Shown: piece by piece, positions 1 through 9,434 of the stretch
Position numbering within the stretch: position 1 is the first letter of the stretch
Layout: each line of letters begins with the position of its first letter
DNA from: Mucilaginibacter sp.
GTDB lineage: Bacteria > Bacteroidota > Bacteroidia > Sphingobacteriales > Sphingobacteriaceae
Length of the DNA: 64,000 nucleotides
NCBI RefSeq assembly: GCF_039925265.1
Contig: NZ_JBDSZG010000024.1
Span: forward strand, 15,626-79,625
Reading direction: 5' to 3'
Notes under the pieces: model-generated
What the model was told of the DNA's origin: nothing
Databases searched by the model: none
The model's input: the letters and a program-made list of their open reading frames with translations, nothing else
Position numbers and translations under genes: made by a program

Positions 1-583
1 GCGCAAACATTTTTGCCGCCATAATGCTCATTTCTCGGCCGGCATGTTTTTCTACCAGGTACAAAAGCAGGTTCCAGTAGGAGGTTGCGCCGCCGCTGCT
101 GTAAAGTCCCTGCTGCTCGGTAACTATCCTGTCATCCACCAACGTAACTTGCGGGAACATCTCCCTGAATTGGTTGGCAAAACGCCAGTGACTGCTACAT
201 TCTTTACCGTTAAGCAGGCCCGTGGCGGCCAGCAGGAACGCGCCAACGCATAAACTCGCTACCTCGGCGCCACCGCTATATTGTTGCGCTATCCATGGTA
301 AAAACTCTTCGTTGCGCTTAATGGCTGTTGCCATATCGCCACCCATTGCAGGTATAATAACAATGTCGCTTTTTGGCACATCTTTCAGCAAAGCATCTGT
401 ATGCACCGAAAACAATCCGCTATGCAGGCGTACCTCGCTGGCCAACCCTATCAGTTGTACTTTAAACATGGGCGGTTTACCTGCTGCGGCCAAAAAATCG
501 TTAACGCCGGTAAACATAATACGCGGATCGGCAATGCTTGCTAAAACAGCGTCGTTGGTAATGAGGATAGATACGTGCTTCAT
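1..583 (-). CDS. GlxA-family transcriptional regulator (DJ-1/PfpI-like domain; AraC HTH presumably beyond window edge), partial
   Basis: Not in the ORF track. Manual translation from ATG 583 gives MKHVSILITNDAVLASIADPRIMFTGVN...DIVIIPAMGG...ASLCVGAFLLAATGLLNGKECSSHW...LYSSGGATSYWNLLLYLVEK, open to the window edge. Confidence 0.85.
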   Translation of the reverse strand, partial: MKHVSILITNDAVLASIADPRIMFTGVNDFLAAAGKPPMFKVQLIGLASEVRLHSGLFSVHTDALLKDVPKSDIVIIPAMGGDMATAIKRNEEFLPWIAQQYSGGAEVASLCVGAFLLAATGLLNGKECSSHWRFANQFREMFPQVTLVDDRIVTEQQGLYSSGGATSYWNLLLYLVEKHAGREMSIMAAKMFA

Positions 584-717
584 TTTTTGTGGCGATTGCT
601 TATGATATTGGTTAAATATACAATTGGCAAATTACAAAATAATCGCAATTACTGCTAAAGTCGCAAAGCGCCCGTTAAAAGTCTTTTTTGCACCGCTGCA
701 GGCGGGCAATGTTGCCA

Positions 718-725
718 TACCTTTG
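718..725 (+). promoter_or_regulatory. Bacteroidota housekeeping -7 element (TAnnTTTG)
   Basis: TACCTTTG 18 nt upstream of ATG 744; no clear -33 element. Confidence 0.5.
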
Positions 726-743
726 ATGTGTAAATAAAAACAA

Positions 744-1310
744 ATGAGAAAGATAAAATTTCAGATACAGGTAACCCTCGATGGCTACGTTGCCGGGCCT
801 GAGGGTGAAATGGATTGGATGACCTGGAACTGGGACGACGAATTGAAAGAATATGTTACCGCCATAACCGAGCCGGTAGATCTCATCATCCTCGGCAGGG
901 TACTTGCAGAAGGTTTTATCCCGGTTTGGGAGCAGCGCCTAACAGAATTCGGCCCCGAAGATGGCGCTGAGAAAATGGTAAACACCCCCAAAGTTGTGTT
1001 CACCAAAACCATGACGGAGAATCCCTGGGAGAATACTACCCTTGCCACCGGTGATATAACGGAAGAGGTATGCCGATTTAAAAACCAGCCCGGAGGTGAT
1101 ATTATGGTTTACGGCGGCGCACGGCTGGCATCGGCCATGATTAAAAATAACCTGATAGATGAGTACCACATTTTTGTGAACCCGGTAGTAATAGGCAAGG
1201 GGATGACGATATATAACGACTTGAAAGACAGATTGAATTTGAAGCTGGTGGAGACGCGGTCGTTCCCCTGCGGTATAAATGTGCTGGTTTATAACCCGGC
1301 AGAAAAATAA
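744..1310 (+). CDS. Dihydrofolate reductase-like (RibD C-terminal domain) protein
   Basis: N-terminal VTLDGYVAGP, LGR, GGARLA...LIDEYHIFVNPVVIGKG motifs. Confidence 0.85.
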   Translation: MRKIKFQIQVTLDGYVAGPEGEMDWMTWNWDDELKEYVTAITEPVDLIILGRVLAEGFIPVWEQRLTEFGPEDGAEKMVNTPKVVFTKTMTENPWENTTLATGDITEEVCRFKNQPGGDIMVYGGARLASAMIKNNLIDEYHIFVNPVVIGKGMTIYNDLKDRLNLKLVETRSFPCGINVLVYNPAEK

Positions 1311-1313
1311 GCA

Positions 1314-1889
1314 ATGCCGATGCGGAAGGTAATCGTATCGATGAATGTAACGCTGAATGGTTGTATGGCCGGGCCTGATGGTGAACTCGACTGGCATTAC
1401 AGCCGTTGGAGCGAGGACATGGCGCGAACAACGTCGGCACATTTAGGCGAAGCCGATACTATTTTATTTGGGCGGATAACGTACCAGGCAATGGCCGGAT
1501 ATTGGATAGCCAAAGGCCGTGATATGTTTGACGCAAGAGAGGATGCCGATTTTACGGAGATGATTAATGGCTATACTAAGATCGTCTTCTCCAGGACCTT
1601 GAAAACCACGGCCTGGCAAAACAGCCGGATGGCAAAAAACATTGCAAAGGAAGTTATGGCGTTGAAACGCCAAAGCGGTAAAGACATCCTTGTTTATGGC
1701 AGCGGTAAAATTGTTACCACATTAAATGAGCTGAATTTGATAGATGAATACAGGCTTTGGGTACATCCGGTAGTGATACACGGAGGGAGGCCGCTGTTTA
1801 AAACCAACACCCCGTTGCAATTTACAAGCAAAACCACCTTTGATACCGGTGTGGTGTTGATGAGTTACAAAGCAGGTTTGCAGATATGA
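1314..1889 (+). CDS. Dihydrofolate reductase-like (RibD C-terminal domain) protein, second paralog
   Basis: VTLNGCMAGP, FGRITY, GSGKIV...LIDEYRLWVHPVVIHGG; starts 3 nt after the first paralog. Confidence 0.85.
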   Translation: MPMRKVIVSMNVTLNGCMAGPDGELDWHYSRWSEDMARTTSAHLGEADTILFGRITYQAMAGYWIAKGRDMFDAREDADFTEMINGYTKIVFSRTLKTTAWQNSRMAKNIAKEVMALKRQSGKDILVYGSGKIVTTLNELNLIDEYRLWVHPVVIHGGRPLFKTNTPLQFTSKTTFDTGVVLMSYKAGLQI

Positions 1890-1930
1890 GTAACTATTTT
1901 GTACTTTAGGGCAACCTAACACAAGCTGCA

Positions 1931-2296
1931 ATGTTTACCAACCCATTTGTATTTTACGGCCGCATCAGGCGAAAGGAGTATGGCTATAGCTTGCTGGGAT
2001 ATTTTTTCGCACTTATTTTTATTGCATCGCAGGCAAGTAAACATGGGCACAGCATCTATCTTTTAGCGCTTTTCCCACTGTTTTGGTTCCGAATTGCGCA
2101 GGGGGCAAAACGCTGTCACGATTTGGGGAACAGCGGCTGGTGGCAACTAATACCGTTTTATGTCTTTTGGCTGCTGCTTGAGGATGGCAAAATAGGCCCT
2201 AATCAATACGGCGAAAACCCCAAGGACAATAACTACCCCAACTATACCTATAAAGGCCCAACGGGCCCACAAGATGCAGGTAATCCAAACTATTGA
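1931..2296 (+). CDS. DUF805 family membrane protein
   Basis: FYGRIRRKEY...AKRCHDLGNSGWWQLIPFY...GPNQYGENP signature. Confidence 0.85.
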   Translation: MFTNPFVFYGRIRRKEYGYSLLGYFFALIFIASQASKHGHSIYLLALFPLFWFRIAQGAKRCHDLGNSGWWQLIPFYVFWLLLEDGKIGPNQYGENPKDNNYPNYTYKGPTGPQDAGNPNY

Positions 2297-2342
2297 TTGC
2301 AATTGCAGGAAATAGTATTTTAGAAGGCCTTAATCAATCGCT

Positions 2343-2717
2343 ATGCTCAGGAATCTCTTTTCATTCAGTGGCCGCATCCGGCGCGCGGAATACGCCATTA
2401 GCTGTGTAGCATATTTGTTTTGTTATTACTTTATATGGGGCATGGATGAAGGGCGAGGCGGTGGCGCTGTTGCCATGATGCTTGTGGCGCCTATGCTTTG
2501 GTTTGCAGCAGCCCAGGGTGCCAAGCGTTGCCACGATATTGATAAAAGCGGCTGGTGGCAGCTAATCCCTTTCTACTTGCTATGGTTGATATTTAAAAAG
2601 GGCATGACAGGTCCAAATCAATACGGCAAAGACCCTAAAGAAGCGCCGTACGAAGACGTAGATGAGGCGTATGACAAACCCTATGACTATCGCCGGCCCG
2701 AAGACCCGCAATATTAA
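2343..2717 (+). CDS. DUF805 family membrane protein, second paralog
   Basis: FSGRIRRAEY...AKRCHDIDKSGWWQLIPFY...GPNQYGKDP. Confidence 0.85.
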   Translation: MLRNLFSFSGRIRRAEYAISCVAYLFCYYFIWGMDEGRGGGAVAMMLVAPMLWFAAAQGAKRCHDIDKSGWWQLIPFYLLWLIFKKGMTGPNQYGKDPKEAPYEDVDEAYDKPYDYRRPEDPQY

Positions 2718-2724
2718 AATAACT

Positions 2725-2775
2725 AACGCTTATTGATCATCATTTGCAATCAGCAAGTGAAAATCAATAAGCGTT
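2725..2775. terminator. Inverted repeat between convergent DUF805 and pgi, possible bidirectional terminator
   Basis: AACGCTTATTGAT (2725-2737) and ATCAATAAGCGTT (2763-2775) are a perfect 13-bp inverted repeat; the 25-nt loop is long for a terminator. Confidence 0.45.
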
Positions 2776-2783
2776 TCAAAACG

Positions 2784-2803
2784 CCCCCTTCAGGGGCTGG
2801 GGG
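2784..2803. repeat. REP-like palindromic element, single copy (CCCCCTTCAGGGG family)
   Basis: CCCCCTTCAGGGGCTGGGGG; near-identical units at 7624-7678 and 11051-11130. Confidence 0.75.
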
Positions 2804-2819
2804 ACTCGCAAACTGAAAC

Positions 2820-4496
<1,677 letters not shown>

Positions 4497-4728
4497 TTAA
4501 TTTAGGGCAGTAAATAAAAAATGAAATTATGGCTTAACAGTGTGATTTTGTGTCGTTTCAACACATTGAACATAGTGTTAGGCTTACACTTTATAAATTG
4601 TCATTATTTTAACATAATTATCAATTATTTTTTATTATTGGAATAATTATTTGATATATTTGTTTGGTTGATAAATAAATATCTTGTTTGTCGCCAAATC
4701 CTCAATACGCTATTTAAAACTTACCGCC

Positions 4729-5166
4729 ATGTTTGAAAAACTGTATTTGCTTGTTAAAAATAACGCCGGGACGGCTGTTATAGACAACCCTTTAATTGCA
4801 CCAAAATTTCACGAATCGGTCATAAACGATGCGTCGAGTTCGATAATAGAAGTAATAAAGGCGCAGATAGAAAGTGGTAAGTTAAAAGACCTGGTAAAAT
4901 ATTTCCAGTTTGCTGGTGCGTATGATAATCCGCTTATCAATAGTGCGGTTAATAAATTTGCTATAAAGCTGGACAAGTATTACGATATCAGTTCGGCCGA
5001 TGCAAAACGCATTTCCAATGAATTGATACGCCCGGTGATGCAGGAATTAATTCGCGAAAGCAAAACCGAGCAAAATAAAGAGTTCGCTTTAAATACCCTG
5101 CTATCGAAAATAAGCGGCAACGTTGCCGATATGGGTATGCTTTTAACCCAGCTTAAAATAGCTTAA
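4729..5166 (+). CDS. Hypothetical protein
   Basis: Open ORF with ATG 4729 (track starts at TTG 4684), upstream TATATTTG at 4655-4662 and a downstream terminator; no motif recognised. Confidence 0.6.
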   Translation: MFEKLYLLVKNNAGTAVIDNPLIAPKFHESVINDASSSIIEVIKAQIESGKLKDLVKYFQFAGAYDNPLINSAVNKFAIKLDKYYDISSADAKRISNELIRPVMQELIRESKTEQNKEFALNTLLSKISGNVADMGMLLTQLKIA

Positions 5167-5188
5167 ACAAACTAAACTCTTACATATG

Positions 5189-5222
5189 AAGCCTGCTTTG
5201 TTAATTCAATGCAGGCTTTTTT
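5189..5222 (+). terminator. Intrinsic terminator
   Basis: AAGCCTGC-loop-GCAGGCTT followed by a T run, 22 nt after the 5166 stop. Confidence 0.65.
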
Positions 5223-5247
5223 GTGGGGGAGAAGTTGTAACGGTTGG

Positions 5248-5363
5248 GAGAGGTTGAAAGGGTTAGAAATGTTAATAGTTGGAAAAGTTGCAATTTAACT
5301 TGTCATACTCTCCCCTGGGTTCTTAGAATATTCCAAACTTTTCTCTAACCCTTTCAACCTCTC
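5248..5363. repeat. Inverted repeat with periodic (TAACC/CAACC-type) arms upstream of prfB
   Basis: GAGAGGTTGAAAGGGTTAGA (5248-5267) is the exact reverse complement of TCTAACCCTTTCAACCTCTC (5344-5363); degenerate units continue to about 5404. Confidence 0.8.
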
Positions 5364-5416
5364 TTAACCCTTCTTAACCTTTCTAACTTCTCTGCAACTT
5401 TAACTATCTTTGCTCC

Positions 5417-6509
5417 ATGACCAAAGAAAATATTCAGGATTTAAGGGATAGAACAACTTCCCTGAGGAGGCATCTTTGACATCGATACCAAACTCGATGC
5501 GTTGCACCAGGAACAGGAGATAACCATTGGTCCCAATTTTTGGGATCATCCTAAAGAGGCGGAAAAAGTCCTCGCTTCCATCAAAACAAAAAAAATATGG
5601 ACCGACGCTTTCCAAAAAGTAGTATCGGTAGTTGACGATACCGGCGTATTGTTCGAATTTTTCCAGGGTGGCGATGCTACCGAGGCAGAAATGAAAGAAC
5701 AGTTTGAAGCCGCGGTAACCGCCGTGGAAGAACTGGAGTTTAAAAATATGCTTAGCGCCGAGGAGGACCAGTTCCATGCGGTGCTGCAAATTACCGCAGG
5801 CGCCGGTGGTACTGAAAGTTGCGACTGGGCCGCTATGCTGATGCGTATGTATATTATGTGGGGCGACAAAAACGGCTACAAAGTTACCGAGCAGGACTAC
5901 CAGCCGGGTGATGTGGCCGGTGTGAAAACTGTTACCCTGCAACTGGAAGGCGATTTTGCTTACGGTTACTTAAAAGGAGAGAACGGAGTACATCGTTTGG
6001 TACGCGTATCTCCGTTTGATGCTAACGCCAAACGCCATACCTCGTTTGCATCTGTGTATGTTTATCCGCTGGTAGATGATACCATAGAGATAGATGTAAA
6101 GGATGCCGATATTGAGTTTGAAACTTTCCGCGCCGGTGGTGCGGGTGGGCAAAACGTAAACAAGGTGGAAACCGCCGTGCGTTTATATCACAAACCATCG
6201 GGCATCATCATTAAAAACCAGGAGTCGCGTTCGCAATTACAGAATAAGGAGAACGCTATCCGTTTACTGAAATCGCAGTTATACGAGGCCGAAATGCGCA
6301 AACGTGCCGAAGCATCGAGCGCGGTAGAAGGCAACAAAAAGAAAATTGAGTGGGGGTCGCAAATCCGCAACTACGTGCTGCACCCGTACAAATTGGTGAA
6401 AGACCTGCGTACCGACCATGAAACTTCCAATGCCGCCGCCGTATTAGATGGCGACCTGAACGAGTTTTTAAAATCGTACCTGATGGAATTTGGCGGGCCG
6501 AAAAGTTAA
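5417..6509 (+). CDS. prfB: Peptide chain release factor 2 (programmed +1 frameshift)
   Basis: ATG 5417 opens a 20-codon ORF ending CTT TGA C (5474-5480), preceded by AGGAGG (5465-5470). The +1 frame joins ORF 5502-6509, which has GGQ ([11 protein letters not shown]) and SPF (RVSPFD) motifs. Confidence 0.97.
5465..5480 (+). promoter_or_regulatory. prfB frameshift cassette (internal SD-like AGGAGG plus CTT TGA C)
   Basis: Sequence AGGAGGCATCTTTGAC read directly; matches the established RF2 autoregulatory site. Confidence 0.95.
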
Positions 6510-6621
6510 GTTTGGATAAAGAAGGTTTGGACAAAGCACCCCACTTGCTTAGTTGGCGACTTTGGTCAACGGCTACTTTATAATGGGGTGTTGAAACATG
6601 TTCCATTAGACGAGACTATTT

Positions 6622-6656
6622 AAAAAACGATGCTGTACAACACAGTATCGTTTTTT
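6622..6656. terminator. Intrinsic terminator-like hairpin
   Basis: AAAAAACGATGCTGT / ACAGTATCGTTTTTT with one G-U pair and A/T tails on both sides. Confidence 0.65.
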
Positions 6657-6702
6657 ATTTCAGGTTTTGTAACTTGCCGCAACCAATTCTGTGGATTTTT
6701 TT

Positions 6703-7617
6703 ATGAAGAACATCTTAACCGCCCTCATTTTGACCGCTATTAATTTTACTGCTTACAGCCAGCAAAGCCCTATGCCTTTGTACCCTAAAGGGGTGCCAAA
6801 TTCCAAACCGACACCAGCCGGTTATGTTGAAGTAACCGACAGCAATAATTGGATAACCAAGGTAAGCATACCCACCATTACGCCTTACCTGCCCGAAAAA
6901 GGCACGGCTAACGGTGCAGCCATAGTTATATTTCCGGGTGGAGGATATGGCGGTTTGGCTAACAACCACGAGGGCATGGCCATTGCAAAAGCGTTTAATA
7001 ACATTGGCGTTACCGCCTTCCTGGTGAAATACCGCCTGCCTACAGATGAGATCATGATCGATAAAACCATCGGTCCCCTACAGGATGCCCAGCGTGCTAT
7101 ACAAATAGTAAGGCAGGGAGCAGCTATATGGGGTGTGGATCCTAATCGCATAGGTATCATCGGCTTTTCTGCAGGCGGGCATTTGGCATCAACGGCAGGT
7201 ACACATTTTGATAAAGTGGTTATTGAGAACAAGGATAACATCAGCGTTCGGCCGGATTTTATGATGCTGATATACCCGGTAATCACTTTCGGGCCAAAGG
7301 GCCATACCGGCTCAAGGGATAACCTGATCGGTAAAAACCCGTCGCAAGCGCTGATAGATCTGTACTCCAACGAAAAACAGGTAACACCAAACACACCACC
7401 CACATTTTTAATACATGCCCAGGACGATGGCGCGGTACCGGTAGAGAACAGCCTGATGATATACCAGGCCTTAACGGATGCCAAAGTAAAAGTAGAGATG
7501 CATCTTTTCCAAAACGGCGGTCACGGTTTCGGGATGCCAAACCCTACCACCAAAGAGAAATGGTTTGATTGGGCCGCAGCATGGATGGATGTGAATGGCT
7601 GGTTGAAGAAGAAATAA
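6703..7617 (+). CDS. Secreted alpha/beta hydrolase (esterase)
   Basis: Signal peptide MKNILTALIL..., PGGGY oxyanion loop, GFSAGG nucleophile elbow, DDGAV Asp and GGHGFG His. Confidence 0.85.
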   Translation: MKNILTALILTAINFTAYSQQSPMPLYPKGVPNSKPTPAGYVEVTDSNNWITKVSIPTITPYLPEKGTANGAAIVIFPGGGYGGLANNHEGMAIAKAFNNIGVTAFLVKYRLPTDEIMIDKTIGPLQDAQRAIQIVRQGAAIWGVDPNRIGIIGFSAGGHLASTAGTHFDKVVIENKDNISVRPDFMMLIYPVITFGPKGHTGSRDNLIGKNPSQALIDLYSNEKQVTPNTPPTFLIHAQDDGAVPVENSLMIYQALTDAKVKVEMHLFQNGGHGFGMPNPTTKEKWFDWAAAWMDVNGWLKKK

Positions 7618-7623
7618 ACGGAG

Positions 7624-7678
7624 CCCCCCAGCCCCCTGAAGGGGGAGTTAAAGTTCCCCTCTTGAGAGGGGTTAGGGG
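7624..7678. repeat. REP-like doublet (two inverted units)
   Basis: CCCCCCAGCCCCCTGAAGGGGGA followed by variant CCCCTCTTGAGAGGGGTTAGGGG in the opposite orientation. Confidence 0.75.
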
Positions 7679-7724
7679 TGTGTTATACGATAACCCTCTA
7701 AAAGAACGATATAATCCGATACTC

Positions 7725-8063
7725 ATGCATATCCCCTTCCAAACCATCCAATGGGATAACATCCCTAAAGAAGAGCACCCCGGCGCCACAGGTACATCCT
7801 TTTGGCAGGTGCTGCAATTACCTGGTTTGAGAATAAGATTAGTAGAATACACCGCCGGCTACCTTGCCGACCATTGGTGCCAGAAAGGACACATTGTTCA
7901 CTGCCTGGAAGGCGAGTTTGAAAGCGAGCTGGAAACCGGCGACTTCTTTACCCTAACTGCCGGGATGAGCTACGTAGTTTCGGACGATGCAAGTTCGCAC
8001 CGGTCGATCTCCAAAAATGGGGTGAAGCTTTTGATAGTGGATGGGGATTTTTTAAAGAAGTAA
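7725..8063 (+). CDS. DHCW-motif cupin-fold protein
   Basis: YLADHWCQKGHIVHCLEGE. Start moved to ATG 7725 because the track's N-terminal extension runs through the REP element and the upstream gene. Confidence 0.85.
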   Translation: MHIPFQTIQWDNIPKEEHPGATGTSFWQVLQLPGLRIRLVEYTAGYLADHWCQKGHIVHCLEGEFESELETGDFFTLTAGMSYVVSDDASSHRSISKNGVKLLIVDGDFLKK

Positions 8064-8456
8064 AAATTCGGCGGCTGTGACTATTGGAATCCCGTTAAAA
8101 GGATTAAGTACAAGCAAATCTTTATCGCCAGTGATCAGGCAAGCAGCCTTTGAAGTTACCGCGAGTTCGAGAAATTTATTATCCTTAGGATCTCGGCAAG
8201 CATTAATATTGATTGAGACGGTCATAAATTGGCTTGTTTGCTCTAAATCTGCAATCGAATCCAATCTTTCACTCAAAGGCAAATATTTATCGAATTTTGG
8301 TCGGCAGAAAGTTTCAACAAACTCTCCAAATGTTGCAGGAGAATGGACCAGGATTCCCTTTTTAATAGCCATTCTTAAGGCCTGCCTGCTGATAGAGTTA
8401 CGCAACAAATATGCACTAATCAAGCTATTGGTGTCGAATACAAATAATTCAATCAT
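8052..8456 (-). CDS. PIN-domain toxin of a putative type II toxin-antitoxin pair
   Basis: VFDTNSLIS N-terminus and CRDPKDNKFLELA...LITGDKDLL acidic motifs. Confidence 0.85.
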   Translation of the reverse strand: MIELFVFDTNSLISAYLLRNSISRQALRMAIKKGILVHSPATFGEFVETFCRPKFDKYLPLSERLDSIADLEQTSQFMTVSININACRDPKDNKFLELAVTSKAACLITGDKDLLVLNPFNGIPIVTAAEFLLL

Positions 8457-8679
8457 TCGTATTCAGCAATTCATCTAATTTTTCCTGAGTTAGGCCATTT
8501 TTCACAGCCTGATCGCTCAATTTGTCTAATTTGAGCATGTATGTGTCAAAGTTCAAGTCGTTTATAGACTTTTTTAACATTATGCTAATCGACTCCTGAA
8601 ATCTGATCTTATCTTCATCAGTAAATGTCCGATAAAACTTACCAGCTGCATCATCAACTTCTAACACTATTCTTTCCAT
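8449..8679 (-). CDS. Small protein, putative antitoxin
   Basis: 76 aa from ATG 8679 (MERIVLEVDD...), overlapping the PIN gene start by 8 nt. Confidence 0.6.
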   Translation of the reverse strand: MERIVLEVDDAAGKFYRTFTDEDKIRFQESISIMLKKSINDLNFDTYMLKLDKLSDQAVKNGLTQEKLDELLNTND

Positions 8680-8749
8680 CTTATGCTTTATTAATTGTGT
8701 TAATAACAAATTTACTCAATTTTTAATCAAATCTAAAGTCTGTAAAGGG

Positions 8750-9430
8750 CTATTTAACCAGCAAAATATTCTGATAATACGAACTCCCCACAGGCAGCAC
8801 CGCGCCGTTTACCACCAATTGGTGGCGCTCTATTTTCTCCACTTTGTTTACTGCAGCTATGAATGAGCGATGGATGCGGATGAATTGCTCTGCAGGGAGC
8901 AGGTTCTCCACTTCGGAAATCGTCATGCGGGAGAGGAGTTGCTTGTTCTTCAGTTCGAAGTTTACGTAGTTGCCGGTAGCCTCCAGGTAGCAGATGTCGT
9001 CGAACATTACTTTCACCTGCTCGTACCCCGTCTTTAGGAACAGGTAATCCTTTTTATCTTCTTTGGCATTGCGGAAGTTGTAAAGCTCGTAAGCTTTATT
9101 ACAGGCTTTGGTGAACCGTGCCAGCGAGAATGGCTTGAGCAGGTAATCCACAGCATCCAGCTCAAAACTGGTAACGGCGTGCTCGGTATAGGCCGTGGTG
9201 AATATCACCAGCGGTTTTTTGCTAAGGCAGCCGAGCAGGTCGATACCCGAGATATCGGGCATCTTAATATCCAAAAACAACAGATCCACCGGGTTGTGCT
9301 GCAGGTATTCCATGGCTTTAAAGGCATCGGTAAATTCGGCTTTCAGATCAACGAACGGAACCTTAGCCGCATGGGAGCGCACCACTCCAAGGGCTAAAGG
9401 TTCGTCGTCTATGGCTACAGCGGTTATCAA
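8750..9430 (-). CDS. LytTR-family response regulator
   Basis: IDDEP, LFLDIKMP, FTTAY, DYLLKP receiver motifs; FIRIHRSFI LytTR motif. Confidence 0.95.
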   Translation of the reverse strand: MITAVAIDDEPLALGVVRSHAAKVPFVDLKAEFTDAFKAMEYLQHNPVDLLFLDIKMPDISGIDLLGCLSKKPLVIFTTAYTEHAVTSFELDAVDYLLKPFSLARFTKACNKAYELYNFRNAKEDKKDYLFLKTGYEQVKVMFDDICYLEATGNYVNFELKNKQLLSRMTISEVENLLPAEQFIRIHRSFIAAVNKVEKIERHQLVVNGAVLPVGSSYYQNILLVK

Positions 9431-9434
9431 AATA

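Noticed and set aside
222-605. Plus-strand 127-aa ORF and the many other short antisense/overlapping ORFs in the track
   Set aside because: They are shadows of well-supported genes on the opposite strand or frame, with no recognisable motifs.
1911-1938. Eighth ECF promoter site (GCAACC upstream of DUF805)
   Set aside because: After 16 nt the sequence is GTTT, not CG, and it overlaps the start codon.
7569-7724. N-terminal extension of the cupin ORF
   Set aside because: It reads through the upstream gene's end and the REP doublet.
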